DNA of 63,381 bases, counting the filler, from Phoronis australis (Eukaryota > Animalia > Phoronida), in NCBI GenBank assembly GCA_002633005.1. It is 4 parts of 4 records of this genome, joined end to end, with 100 filler letters (N's around TTAATTAATTAA, not from the genome) between each part and the next. Parts side by side here need not be neighbours in the genome. Positions count along the whole stretch, not along the records: positions 32,061 to 56,811 come from NMRA01000082.1; 3 more parts are not named here. One strand, written 5' to 3'. Positions 36,068 through 49,119 of the stretch are shown here, piece after piece. The notes under the pieces are model-generated. The model was not told the DNA's origin, ran no database searches, and worked only from the letters and a program-made list of their open reading frames with translations. A program made the translations under genes and the position numbers. Numbering within the stretch: the first letter of the stretch is position 1; every line of letters begins with the position of its first letter.

Positions 36068-39000
36068 ATGTCATTCGTGAGAAGAAAAGACAAGCCCTCT
36101 ATTGAAGACGACTTAGATGATGATTTAACAAGAGGTTTTGAAAGTAACACATCCTACCGTGATCTCGACTGTCAGCATGTAGAGCATAGCACAGATCACT
36201 CTGAGGATCATGGTCTCTTAAATACAACTACTGAATCATATTCCAACAATTGTTTGCATCACAAGGATTGTGAGAAACCAGCTAAAACACGATGTCATAA
36301 TGGTTCTACTGACAAGACAACCTCATTACGACAACACCATGCTGGAAATTACCGAGACAGATATTTTCATAGCCGCAACTCGCCGTCTCATAGCAAAAAT
36401 GAGGAACTGTTACCACATGACATTCTAAGCCCTAATGACCGAGGCGATGGTTCATATCAGCGTCCCGATTTTGCCGGTTCACACCTCCCAGTTTGCGATA
36501 GAATCCCGGGTCCTATCAATGGTTGCAACGGACTTCAAGACACAAGGGCTTCCGAACACTTGTCATTAGGCAGTGATGTGCGACCTAAAGTTTACACCAA
36601 TAGGAAATTTGTAAGTGGCAGTGCACAATCAACTTGGGGGGATGTACTGAGTGACTGTTCGGAGTACAAACTTACTTGCTATCGCGAAAATTTTAAAAGA
36701 CTTCCTTCTTCTGGTAATGGATTAACAGTTACAGAATACGGTGCTAGTGCCAGTCTGCCTTTAGGTAGCACAAATGATGCCATAGATGATGATTTCATTG
36801 ATGCTGACATACCCAAAAGCAATCCATATTTTGACAAAGAATCTTCATCTGAGGAGGATGAAGTTCTGTTAAGACTTAGTAATGACCCAGTTCAAAGCTG
36901 TAAAGATTTAAATGGAATTTCTAGCAGCCGCGCTGCGCACGATGAAACGCCTGTGCCAGGTAATTTATTTAGCAGCATCAGTACAAGTAATGGTGATGCT
37001 GAAGTGGAGAGCTATGAGTCACTGTGCGATTCCTTCAGCCAATGCACCAACATAACATCTGATGAACTTACATTGTCGGACAGTGTTGATATTTATAGTA
37101 CACCAGATTTACTTCCCCTTAAGATCGATGGAGACAGCATGTCAAATGGGGATCACCAGGGAAAGCAACTGTCACTGGAGAACAGTAATTTTGATAAAAA
37201 TAACCTGAATGTGAGGAATGACGTGAAATCGGTGATTCCTGAAGACGAGGTTTCGGTCATTAGTCTTGATGACGACAACCTTTATGGCATGGGTACTGAA
37301 ACCGAGAGAAGTCTTGTTGAAATATCTCACAAAGAGGCTGAAGTGAATGAATCACTCGCGTCTCCAAAAAATGCTTTTGAGGCATTCAAAGAACATGAGT
37401 TTAAATCTACTACTAATGAGGAGGATTCTGGCATAGCAAACACAAACAAAACTGGGCTTTCTCGTAGCGCTTCATTCCAGACTACAACAACGGGCTGTTT
37501 AGATACCACACAGTGCAATAAAAATGAAGTCATAGGTGACTACCTAGAGCCCGAAGGTCAGGAGGAAGTTGTCACATACGTCAGTGCTAAAATTGCAAGT
37601 AAAGGAGACAGATTGGAGAGCAGCTCAGATGAGGATGAGAGCGGATGCTGCCAGCCAATCAGGCGAGACAAAGAAGGTAGAAAGATACTGCCGAAGCCGT
37701 CATTTACCATCACGGAATCGCACCGTTTACGACCACCTTCAGTAGAGGTCAACAACCAAATGGCTCGTCTGCGTGCCCACATTTGGAAACAGAAGGGCAA
37801 ATGTTTGGACTACAAGGTCGTCTGTACTGGCATCCCTCATTACTTGAAAGTGCCACGATCGCAACGCTACCGAGACCCCAGTCGAGATATGGAACGAGAA
37901 GATGAGTCATCGACGGATGAGGAGTATTACGAACCTGTGCCTTCAGTCGGATCTAAAGAATTCCTGCGCTATCATTACCGGCGACGTGCTCTGGCAGAGG
38001 AGAAGGGTGACCAGCGTACGTGTGAATGTCACCTGTGTAAGTTGCAAAAGAAGGAATACATCTATAATGTTACTGACTATGACAAGCCTTGGCCTGATTA
38101 TATCGAAACTATCATCATGCATAGCAAAGCTGTCGACTCTGCAGATAAAAACAAGCCGGGACTTACTAAGAAAGACAGGTAGGACTTGTTTTGTGTTAGT
38201 TTAAATGAACTTTTCATGGAATGCTAGATGCTTGTTCATGGCAAGACATACTAACATATTTTTTATGACAATGTGCACACACATATGCACGTATCTATGA
38301 GACCGCATGTTGTCACCATCCTGTTCGGGCATCTAGTTGTCCAGGTACACACTCCATATTTCAAAAAGTCAGATCTTGATGAAATTTGACACGTGTAGGG
38401 CATCACTAGGGCAGTGCATGTTGCTTTCCAATCTGCTCTGCTCCCTAGGGCCAGAGGGATGAGGGCTTTTCAGTGTTGTTTTGGCAGGATGAGGGTTTCC
38501 AGGTCATATCTAGAGTCTAACCAATTGATGGATTTCAATGAAATATGATGCAGAAGTATGTGATGGCAATGTGCCAGCATCAATTGATTTTCGAGTTAAT
38601 TCAACCATTGTAGCAGCCCTGGTGGCTGTTTAAGTTCTTTTGGAGAAGAGTGTTCCCGGGTGATATCTAGATTATGGTTGACGGATTTCAATAAAGCTAA
38701 AAACAAAGGTATGTGATAGCATTGCACCAGCATCAGTCGATTTTCAGGCAATTTCAAGTACTGCAACATTCCTATTTGCTATTTTGTCTGCTTATCCTTT
38801 TGGCCAGTTGTCTGCTTAACATCTCCACAAAGCCTGGTCTATTTTAATGCAATTTGTCACTAGGGTGTAGGGCACAAAGGCCGTACATGCCTCTTCTCAA
38901 CTTGCCCTGCTCCTCAGGCCTAGGGGCGGGGCTTTTGAGAATTTTTTGGGAATATTGTTTCAAAATGACATGTAAACAACCTATGGATGCAGAGGTATGT

Positions 39001-41247
39001 GACAACAATTTGCCAGCACCAGTCAATTTTCCATTACTGCAGCGTCCCCTATTGGCAATTTTAGTCTCAGTTGACAAGATGTTGTTTCAGTATTTTGTGG
39101 GGAGAGCACGTGTGGATAAATTTATGGATACCTAGAGTGCTCTGTTCTTTTGTGACACAAATGTTAATAACTTCATTTTTAAAGCTTTTCACTCGATGTT
39201 ATTCTTGCAGCTGCCCCTTATGGTCGAAGTGTTGCACCACTAGAAACATACCATTTGCCGTGCACTTAGGGCCCATATCCATGCTTCTTATCACTCTTGC
39301 GCTTGGTATAAAACATTTCAATGTCCAACAAAAACATGCTTTTGAATTCTACCTTGCGTAACAGACTTTAGTTATCAAAAAGACTAACTCAACTAAGTCA
39401 ATAACCTCATTAACAGAGTTACATCAGACAACACACATTGAATACTGTGTTGATGATGTCAAACCCACAGTTTGTGTTGTGCTGGTTGTAGTGATGGGCC
39501 AATCTAGGATATTTTGACTAGGTAAATGTATGTTTTGGATTTCATGACCTCTGCTGTCATCCTTTAAGGATTGATAAAGAAAAGATTTAGGTACCATTAT
39601 ACACTTCTCCAAAACAAACAACTTCTATGAACTTCAAAGTTTAGTAGATTTGTTAATTTTACGCTGTATTTAATTTTTCTTTTTCATAATTCATGTTGCA
39701 AGACAACTCATAGAAACCACAGAGACATTTTATGCCTTTTCAGCCGCTGGTCAATGAACAGATGTGTGCCATTCATTCTCACTGATGCCCACTCAATCAC
39801 AGGCTTTATGGAGAGGAAGTTTCTTGTTGATATTGATGGCTTTGAGGTAAGTAACGTGAAGAAAACAAATCAAGGCAACACCAAGTTTAAAATGTCAAAT
39901 ACTATTTACACTGGTGTGCTATGCTTCTGTCACAGGTAGTTAGGCCACGTCTACCATGTTTACTGTTGCCAAGTCCTACAAGCACAAAGTAATTATGGCA
40001 AAAGCCCTTTGCTAGTTTACTACACGAACATATTCTCTATCATATATTTTGATCACATCTCACTGAAAGGGATGTCATGTGGAGCCGCGTTATCAAAATG
40101 GATACTGGGGGCGCAAGCGATTTGTTGCACTCTGTGGTGTATCCATGATACCAAGCCTGTGAGCTCGTTCATATATCACACCAGCCCATTGACGCACCAA
40201 CCTTCATTTATGTGGGTGTCTGCTCTATTCAGACACTGGAAGCAGTAGTTGTTTCTCATTGTATTCTTATGTTCTGCGGCAAAATTAGGTACTCTAGTAC
40301 GGTACTTCAGACCTCAAATGATTGTGGGAAAACTATTTCCTTGCAGTTTGACTGCTGAGTTTGTAAGTTTGTGTCCAGTGGTGGTCCAGTGGAAAGTGTT
40401 TTGGTTGATGTTTTTGTAAGTCAGGCTGCCATTCACATTCAGATTTCTCGATGAATTGTTCTTTCACATTAAATAACATTAAAGATATTAAAATAAAAAA
40501 CATCTGTGAAATGTTGTGAAAGTGAATTTCTTTCACTTTGTTCTTAGTTATCTCAAGATTCTTGATAATAGTCTATGATTTATCCTGGAGTAAGTTCATC
40601 TGATCACCAAGTCTATTACATGCTTTTAGCAGTGACAGGCACTTTCCTGTTTCATTCTCTGTATGTCGTTGATCTATACTGCAAGTGCCCCTAGAGCATC
40701 ATAAAGCCAAGAGTGGTTTCTTCATAACCAATGTTTGTAGGACCAAGATGGCGGACTATCTTTGTTTTCACACATTCCCCCAATCTGATTGGCTGAAGTT
40801 ATTAGCGTGATTTACATGTCGGAATTAAACATTCTTGATGTCTGCAAGAAAATAAAATGGATGGACAAGAAATCCGATTCATGACTTACAATCCTCATTT
40901 TAGTATTGTCTTAGCCTTGGATTTCAGTATGTAGCAATGTATCATGTTGTAAATAGTGGTCAAATGACAGCGAGGTGTAAAAAGGGTCTTGGCCAATGCA
41001 GCTTCTTCATTTTCTGAACGGCCACTCAAACGTACGTACTTCAGAAACCCCTGAAGACATCTGCTGTTATGCAGTGACGGTATATTTTGTTTGCAGGAGA
41101 AGCATGGTTCTGATAGAAGGCACTGCTACTATCACATGTTTATCTGGAGTGAAGATGAGGTGCGAGCCATGCAAGTCAATCAGATTGGTGCTTCAGCATG
41201 TGGTCCGACAGCTGCTCTCAATGTGCTGGTGGGTGGAGACGTGTTTA

Positions 41248-41282
<35 letters not shown>

Positions 41283-44200
41283 GTCAATATCATCGTTAAT
41301 GAAATTTGGGTCTTGAGCCATCCAGGAAATTCATACTACAGTATAAACCCCCCCCCGCAATTAGGCGTATGCCCCTATATGTGAATCACTGCGTTTTTTA
41401 ACAAGATTTTTTACTCAAATGTCCCACATATAGGCGCAGGTGGTGCTCCTGTTATAGGGGAACCTTGAATGGTTTTAAAATATACACTAAATTTATTTTA
41501 TTTCACACAGCGTGTGGCGTTAATGACACTCTGGCTGAGTACAGGAACATTAAAATCCTAAAAATACACAATTTTAAAACTCATTGCAGGCTTTATTTTC
41601 ATGAACGACTTACGAATAAAATAACACTTGGTTCATTTCCTCATCTAAAAGATGTATGTAAGTGCTACAATTGTTTATTTGCAATTGAATCGTGCTTGTT
41701 GAACCTGACTGTATACTACCGTGACATTGGCTTTCATTTCTAATCCGAATCTACTGTATCTGTTTTGCTGTCTGTGTCCGAAGACAAGTAATCGACATGT
41801 ATACAGAGTCCGAACAAGCATTACAGATTCTTCTTCAGTATGTCAGAAAGAATTTGCTCTATAATCCACATGCAAACTATGAGTGTTTTTATGCGCCCAC
41901 ATATTTATATTTGGACGCATTATGCCGTCATCTCCGTCCGTCCGTCCGTACGGGCGGCGTCCGTCCGGCGTCCGCTGCTCTATCTCCAAAACCCTTTGAC
42001 ATATGTTCATGAAATTTGGCACATATGTTCCATTCATGAATGGGACGGCATGTGCGAACTTTCGGACAGATTTGACTACCGGTGTGCCCCCTAGTGGCAA
42101 TTTTAGTTTTTTTACGCTTACCTTTGTATCTTCAAAAGTCCTGAACGGATTTTCATGAAATTTGGTATGTAGGCACCTATTAGTGAGATGACGCTATCCT
42201 CCCGTTTTCAGATGGATTCGACATAGTTTGCGCCACCTAGTGGCCATTTTTACTGTTTTCGAGTCTGTTTTTGTGCGTCCACCCCTCTATCAACCAAACC
42301 GCTCAAAGGATGATTGTGAAAATTGGCATGTATATGCTTACTATGTAAAAGGCGGTTGACGATGATTTTCCGACGATTTCGACTACTGTGGCGCCTCCTA
42401 GTGGCAGTTGTTTTTTTTCGCTGTATCTCCTAAACTGTTCGCAGGATCTTTACGAAATTTAATAAGTGTAATTATATGATGTTAACAACAGACGATGACC
42501 TAGACTATTGAGGAGACAATGACCATGCCTTTCCATTTTGAAAAGTACAACAAACTACATATATGCCCTCTACTGGCCACTTTATGGTACCAATAAACAA
42601 CCCTAGAAGGATACCGTATACGGTGCAATTGTGGGCGCATTTCAACGCTCTGCGTTGCTCTTGTTTAAAAAACATGAAGGTTCTCCGAAGCACCATAATC
42701 AACACATGTTCTACTCAAATGTCCTGCATACAGGCCTAAGGTCAGCAATTGGGCGCAGCCCCGCAATTAGGTGCATGCGCCTAATTGCGGGGCTATGCGG
42801 TATCACTACTTGAACCTAAACTGCTAGACTGTATTTACTTAGATTCCTAGATCCTCAGAGATGTCTCTTCTCCTCCCAAGAAATGAGAAGGACTATTACT
42901 AGCCGCGTGAACTCTGGTCACGTGGGATTTGTTTGTCTCGTAACATTGTTAATGCTCTCATTCCATGCAGACAACAAATTAAATCTGGCGCCACCTAACT
43001 TATTGAGAGAAGGTGGGTTGTGAGTCCTGGTCTCAGTAACTTCTGCCTGAGTGTAAAAAAATTTATACCTGAATTACAAGCATAGCAACAGTTTGTGTAC
43101 TTTGAAAGTTGCGGTTAAATTTCTGTGTTTACTTGAATACAAGTACAATTGCAATACACAGCAGTAAAGGTATTGGCAAACCTAACATAGAATAATTCAT
43201 TTTGAATTGAGATTTTCAGTAGTCATTCTGCAGCGATATTGATTTATAATGATAGGTTTGAAGATTACACAAGCTTTGGTTTTCAGAAAGCCTTTGGTTA
43301 TGAAATGTCTGCTGAAGAAATCCAGAACTACATACCTGTGAAAAGGAGACTGGACAAGGCACCGATCCCTGACTACCTTCTGTCCCGCTCTTGCGCTGGT
43401 GAGTGTTTGTGCTCAGGTAATTCAGACATTTGAAACTCAGTTCACTTTAGGTTACTGTTTTGCTTTGAGCACATGTCCTACGCAACAAATGAGTGCTATC
43501 TACTAAAGCCTTGAACCTGTGTTTTGGAAATTCCTGGCAGTCGCACTTATTGAGCTGTTGATTCAAGCCATAGTGTGTTCATTGACCTAAGATTTGGTAA
43601 TCTTGTCATCACTTCAATACCACGACTTACCAAGCTCATTTTCAGTCTCCAGGAAAGTATCTCTTGTTAATTGAAAGGTTGATTTTTGTTTAGTGGATTG
43701 AGCTAATTCTCATGAAAGTGTACACGTCTAGTTTGTGGTCTATGACTGAGGGAACAACATTGGTATCGGCTGCGATAAATGAAGACTTGAGATATTTTTA
43801 TAGAAGGTCTTTGATTGCTGATATCTTTGTTGTTTGAGAGTGAATAAGAAATCTGAGTCACTGTTCCCTGTTATTGAAAGTAAGAACATACTACTCAAAC
43901 ACAAAGTCACCTGCAAATTCTAGAAGTCCATGCTGAAAGCAAAAATGGCTATGGTTATAAACGGTTGTGTGACGGTATAAGGCATAAATTAGGAAATCAA
44001 TCATGGAGGATTCAGAATGCATATATGCATATATTACGTATACTTATGTGGATTGAAAATGAAAAGTTATAAGTGAAACTTATTTGATGAAGTGTAAAAT
44101 AACTTGTTGAAGATTAATCGTGGAGTTTATCAAGTCTCGCTATTGGAAACGAGCACTGATGTTATATGTGCAGACTATGACAGGTATGTATTCTGTGATG

Positions 44201-45189
44201 TTGAATGATGATGACTTCAACAGAAGCGCTCATTGTTGGTTATTGGAATTACATTTTACAACTCTGACTATGCCTAGGCACAACTGCTCAAGACATTGTT
44301 GAAGGAATTGAGAAGGCCACAAATGGAGAAATAAAAGCACGGTTTTTCAGCACTTTCCCAGAGAGGAACTTCAAAATACAGGAGTTTGTGAACTGGTGGT
44401 TATCTAAAGGTAAGTTATCAGTATTGATTAATTAGTGATTTTCAGCATTTGTAGAAAAAAGGCATAAATTGTGATAAGCACCTGTTTAGGCACATGTCTG
44501 TATGTGGAACTTCACTATATCGTGAATTAGTATTAATTGATGAAACACTAGAGTAAAAATATTATGTGAGTGAAACTTATCCATTACAGAGTGGTAGATA
44601 TTGACATGCACTTAACTTCACCTGAACTATTAAGGGGAAAATACTTAGGATGGCCAAAACATGCCAAAGCCCAGTTTAAGACATTCAGGCATATGTAGAC
44701 GAGACAGTACTGTGTAGGTCTGAAATACACCTTTGGTTTTAGAATTAATAGTATTCTAGAGTGAATAGTCACTGTCAGACAGGGGTCTTAAATTTTGAAC
44801 CAGTTTCTTCCACTGAGTAATGGGCATCCAACTGGTTCTCAAATTCTGTGACTGCAGTAATTAACTAGTGCCATTAATTCAATGGACATTACCTTCTTTT
44901 CTGCACTGATGAAGATTTACGCCACCAACTCCTGCAATTTTAATAAACGTATACCAACTTCTTAAATGTTGAAATTCATTTTACAGCAAACAATAGAATA
45001 CCTTAAAAATAACGCGATTGTTATGAAATAACAAGATAAGAAGGACCATCCTGGAATAAAGTTAAAAATAAATGTTTGTTGCAGGTGCTGCCTGCATTCT
45101 AACCATGAATCTACAGCGGGGTCGAATGTGGGGTCGTCCGGTGCCGGACGCATGGCATCATCAAATGGTTTATGGTGTCAACTCTTCAG
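36068..45189 (+). CDS. Uncharacterised protein: long acidic disordered N-terminus plus conserved C-terminal domain with a papain/C39-like Cys-His signature; 3' end not found
   Basis: Exons 36065(ATG 36068)-38178, 39744-39846, 41097-41228, 43287-43398, 44278-44409, 45085-45189, all GT-AG with matching phases. C-terminal part: IWSEDEVRAMQVNQIGASACGPTAALNVLKAFG...PIPDYLLSRSCAGTTAQDIVEGIEKATNGEIKARFF...WLSKGAACILTMNLQ...PDAWHHQMVYGVNSS. Confidence 0.85.
38258..39150 (+). mobile_element. HINE-like element with diverged internal core repeats
   Basis: Repeated GATGGATTTCAATGAAA...GTATGTGA..GCAATGTGCCAGCATCA...GATTTTC cores. Shares CATCACTAGGGC.GTGCA with 9060-9998. Ends approximate. Confidence 0.55.
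41246..41290. repeat. (ATT)n/(ATC)n microsatellite
   Basis: Direct reading; explains the poly-Ile/poly-Leu in the ORF track. Confidence 0.9.
41339..42800. mobile_element. Tc1/mariner(pogo)-type MITE with TA target duplication
   Basis: TA|CAGTATAAACCC..CCCGCAATTAGGCG ... CGCCTAATTGCGGGGCTATGCGG|TA. Subterminal direct repeat TACTCAAATGTCC occurs at both ends. Confidence 0.7.
41886..42666 (+). mobile_element. Complete HINE/DINE-1-like (Helentron non-autonomous) element nested in the MITE
   Basis: T-run, subTIR ATGCGCCCAC (41891-41900), (GTCC)n microsatellite (~41934-41947), core repeats with CATGAAATTTGG and CCTAGTGGC, complementary subTIR GTGGGCGCAT (42631-42640), 3' hairpin CAACGC-TCT-GCGTTG, T-run. 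Confidence 0.8.
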
Positions 45190-46839
45190 GTAACAAGCTC
45201 TCTACTTTGAGGTTATCTCAAACCTTATNATGGTCTGCTCTTTTTCGAAAAGCACTGGTACACCTCACTTTACAATAGTGGCGCTTCGTCTGCATGATAA
45301 TAGCAGGAAAGGTTTTAAAATGCTGTTCAGACGAGTAGGTTGAAACCTCCCGTCTGGATTACATGTGATCTGTAGGTGGCGCTGAATGCCTGTCCACTAA
45401 AGACCTGATCGCCGTCTGGCAGATTAGTGAATTTCAATATGGCGCGGCTATTTCGAAAGTTAGCTGTTGGCGTAGTAGGCTCCTCGAACGGCACGTTTGG
45501 TGGCAGTCATCCTAGACCAGGAGTAGAGGACACTAATGTGAGACAATCATGTGTTCACTTGCAGGTGCCATGCTTATTCCATAGGAAAGGGGAAATGTTG
45601 TGATGAGAAACATGCTTACGGTGAAACATACTAGTATGGGTCTCTGTTAGACACTCTCTAATAGGAATTTGCCTATTAGCTGAATGGTTAGCACGCTTGC
45701 CGATTTTAACAGGGTGGCTGATTTGATTCCAAGACCCAAGTCGGGTAATCTCGACAATCACCACACCTTCGTGGCTGAAGACATCGGCCAAAGCGTCTTA
45801 CTGCACAGCACTCAGTCGCATGTACCTATACTGGTTCACATGAGTTAGCTAGCAGCTCCAATGGCTGAAATGCTACAGCTTATTAGCCAGACAGATGAGC
45901 AGTCCACAAAGCCTAGGTCAGCTAGTTGGTGTAATTTTTGCCAGCAGTTTGTTTCCTCTGCCGCCTGGCTACAAAATTGGTAGAGAAAACACCACTTGTC
46001 TTGTGGAATAATGGCAGCGGCAGTTTTTGGGTGACTCAACCCACCAACAAAAGTGACAATTGTAACCCTTCACATGACTGTTTTTTGTTACCAGCAGCGA
46101 AAACGCTAGCATTCTCGCTAGTTTGTGAACGGGCTAACCTACAAAATCCACTTGCGCTGACTGTATGCATTGCCTACTATACAATACAGTCAGACAGTGA
46201 CTAGGTACACCAACAGGCACCGCGTGTATAGTAAGTAAAACTCACAATAAATAAGCCCTCGTGGAATCTAGTGAATGTTGGCCGATCATCGATGACTCCG
46301 TGGTGTAGCAAAAAAAAAAGAAAGTTAGACACATGACTTACTAAAGCTCTGATTTCATCAGTCGTTGTCATCCTCTACTTTCCTTCTTCATGTTGTGTGT
46401 GGACAACTGACCCATTTCGTTGAGGTCACCCGTATGTATTGACGCAACTGACATCTACTGAGCAAAGGCAGTCTTCATCAATGAGATAAATATAGCTCAC
46501 TGGTCTTCACAATGGCTTTCGTACCGAGGCAGGTGCAGCCAGAGCCAGGGTCATGGCGGGAGGGAGCCGATCCTAGAGTCTGAAAATCGATATATTTCTG
46601 TTCATCCAGGCATTTGAAAGTAGTCGGTGAGCAGGGAGCTCGATCCCTACCCCGGTGCCCTTATGCCCTGACGCTGTGGGGTTTTACCGCCTCAGCTCAA
46701 CAAGCATTGGACCCATTCATTGGACTTCAAAAGACAGTAAATCACCGAGCCTACCGAAAACACGATTTCGAGGACATTAAATTTCTTCAAGCGTAATTAG
46801 TTAAAGTTCGTAATTACTCATGTAAGCTCGTGAATCAAT

Positions 46840-47175
46840 TTAATTATCGGGTACAAATGTCTAGCATTAGAACTTTTTAAACTTTCCGCCCACCATCATG
46901 ATGTAGGCCCATGTCAGGCCTCCACTGAGATTGCTTCGAACTGCGCCAATCCTATAACTTCTTGGAACAAAATGCCTTACCCAGTCTCGAGATTTCGTTC
47001 ATCTACTTACGGCCTAAACTCCATACGTAATCGAAGTGTCTCCGTATGGGGAACGAATTGTCTGAATCAATCTGTTGCAATGACCTGTCAAAATTAAATA
47101 GGCCTACATGGTCTCGACTTTTGTCGAGAGTGCCAGGACTATGTCCAGTGTGTCCTGTCTTTTGCTATATGTTGG
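46840..47175 (+). mobile_element. Decayed 3' end of an L2/Crack-like LINE
   Basis: Residual peptides LALELFK, SYNF, SRFRSSTYGLNSIRNRSVSVW(G/N)EL and a terminal C.C..C-like stretch, with frameshifts. Confidence 0.5.
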
Positions 47176-48515
47176 CAATCATCAATTAGAGTTTTGACTA
47201 TGCTTATTTACATATATAGTTACTTAAATTCTGTATAGTCTATATTCTTCTATACCTGTCTAGCTGTGAAGTCTACCAAATGACATGCATCTGGAGAATT
47301 TCTCGCTTACACTGGTCACCCGACCGCTCAGATTCCCTTAGCCCCAGACAACTTTTATGATGCCTACTCAACACGCCCTTTGTATTGATGTAGATCTGAG
47401 CTAATGAAGCGGAAAAGTAACAGCTAGCATCACTGTCTCAACAATGGTTGTTGTTAGTACCCCCAGTTTGGTTTTCTCTGACATTTGCAGAGTTATAGCT
47501 TGCAACTCTGGAGAGTAGTTTTAACTTGGTACATTATAAATATTACAAAGTGACTAAAAAGGTTAACTTGTGTTTATCTTCACAAAGGGCCACTTCCCAA
47601 AGGAACGACAAGTTTCATATTAGTTTTCTTTATTCAATTTTTAATGCTTCTGCCCGCTTGCTTTTTTTCTTCCCGGGAACGGGTTGACAACATTTCATCT
47701 AAGATTTGAACTTGAAGTACCAAAACAGTGGTAGATTTTGATGGCCAGCTTAACTTAATTAGTTAAGTTCATTGTGAGCCCATCCCTAAACGCACCACAT
47801 TAAGGGTACACTAAACATTTCAGATGTCATTAAAGTTTAATCTTTATTAGAACTCAAACCATAAAATACATACAAAAGTGCAAAGATGGTGATAACCAAA
47901 CTGAAGATCTGGAATCTCTGGACAATTTTGATGGCATTGACTATATAACTATTCTAGCTCTTTGTCAGTAATAAAAATTGAAAAGTGGGCACAGCAACTG
48001 TTTCCTGGTCAAAAATCTGGTTAAACGAGATTGAAAGAATAGTAAAAATTGAAACCATGTGATATTGTTAACTCTGATCAGCGTTTTAAATGTATATCCA
48101 CCGAGTATACATGTATCAATACGCGCAGTAGCTTATCTTCAATCGTACCCAATGGTTGTAGTTTTTTGGATTATTAGTTTATCGATTTTTAAAAATCGAA
48201 AACCGTACTTGGTTGTTTTTTTTCCAGCTGAATACCGCCGTGGTGTTCGTTTATAACGAAAATTACTGGTTAATGCATCTTGAAAACTCGCCATTATGTA
48301 GTCAGAGATGTTTAATGAAGTATATAGTCGGATAATTACATTTACTTGGGTCTTGCTCGCATCGGGTAAAGCGGTCATCACAACTGTACCTGATTCCGGC
48401 GCCTCGCTCTCTTTGATCCCGGTACAAGCCGCTCAGAAGGACGAGCGGTGAAAATTCCCTCATATCTTTAGAAATGCGTGACTTCCTGGTAAGCGTACAT
48501 GTATTATTAACGGTA

Positions 48516-49075
48516 TTAAACTAAATTAAAACACCCTGTCCAAATTATCGGATGATTACATGTAGCAAAGTCAACAATGATCCTTTGGGGCAATCGCTCA
48601 AAGAAATCGGAATCGTCTTTATTTGGACCATAAGTATTCACTATCTTTACAATTCTATCATTTACAGCTATATTGAGTAATAGCATATTGCCGTTTCCAT
48701 CTTGTTTTTTTAGTAAAAAAATCAATTCAAAATTATTATTCAACAAAATAGCCACACCCCTGGAATTAGACTTGTATGAGCTAAAAAAAAATATTCGTAT
48801 CCCCACTGTGACCTGATACATTTCTCATTCTCTGCAGAAAGTGAGTACCTTGCAGACATTAAATTGAGTATTTTTTGTTTAAGAAAGTTAAAAACACCAC
48901 TTCGTTTTTCATGGTAACCCAAACCTTGACAGTTTAAAGTCGCAATTTTTAAGTGCTCTGAAATAAAACTACTTGAAAGGCACTACATGTAATGAGTGGG
49001 CCCTCATGATCACTACCAGTTAAACTAAAGGACCTACTACATAACCTGACAACAGCTGTGAAGATTATACATTCA

Positions 49076-49119
<44 letters not shown>

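Noticed and set aside
45467-45482. TGGCGTAGTAGGC resembling a tRNA-Ser primer-binding site
   Set aside because: Not preceded by an LTR ending in CA, and no gag sequence follows.
45565-45800. Possible terminal exon (GAMLIP*) or GIY-YIG remnant (AYSIGKGKCCDEKHAYGET)
   Set aside because: The terminal exon would truncate the conserved domain, and the GIY-YIG resemblance is too short and irregular to support.
46122-46204. Peptide RANLQNPL as the missing next exon of the putative cysteine enzyme
   Set aside because: Weak acceptor inside a hairpin-like repeat end, early stop and no further similarity.
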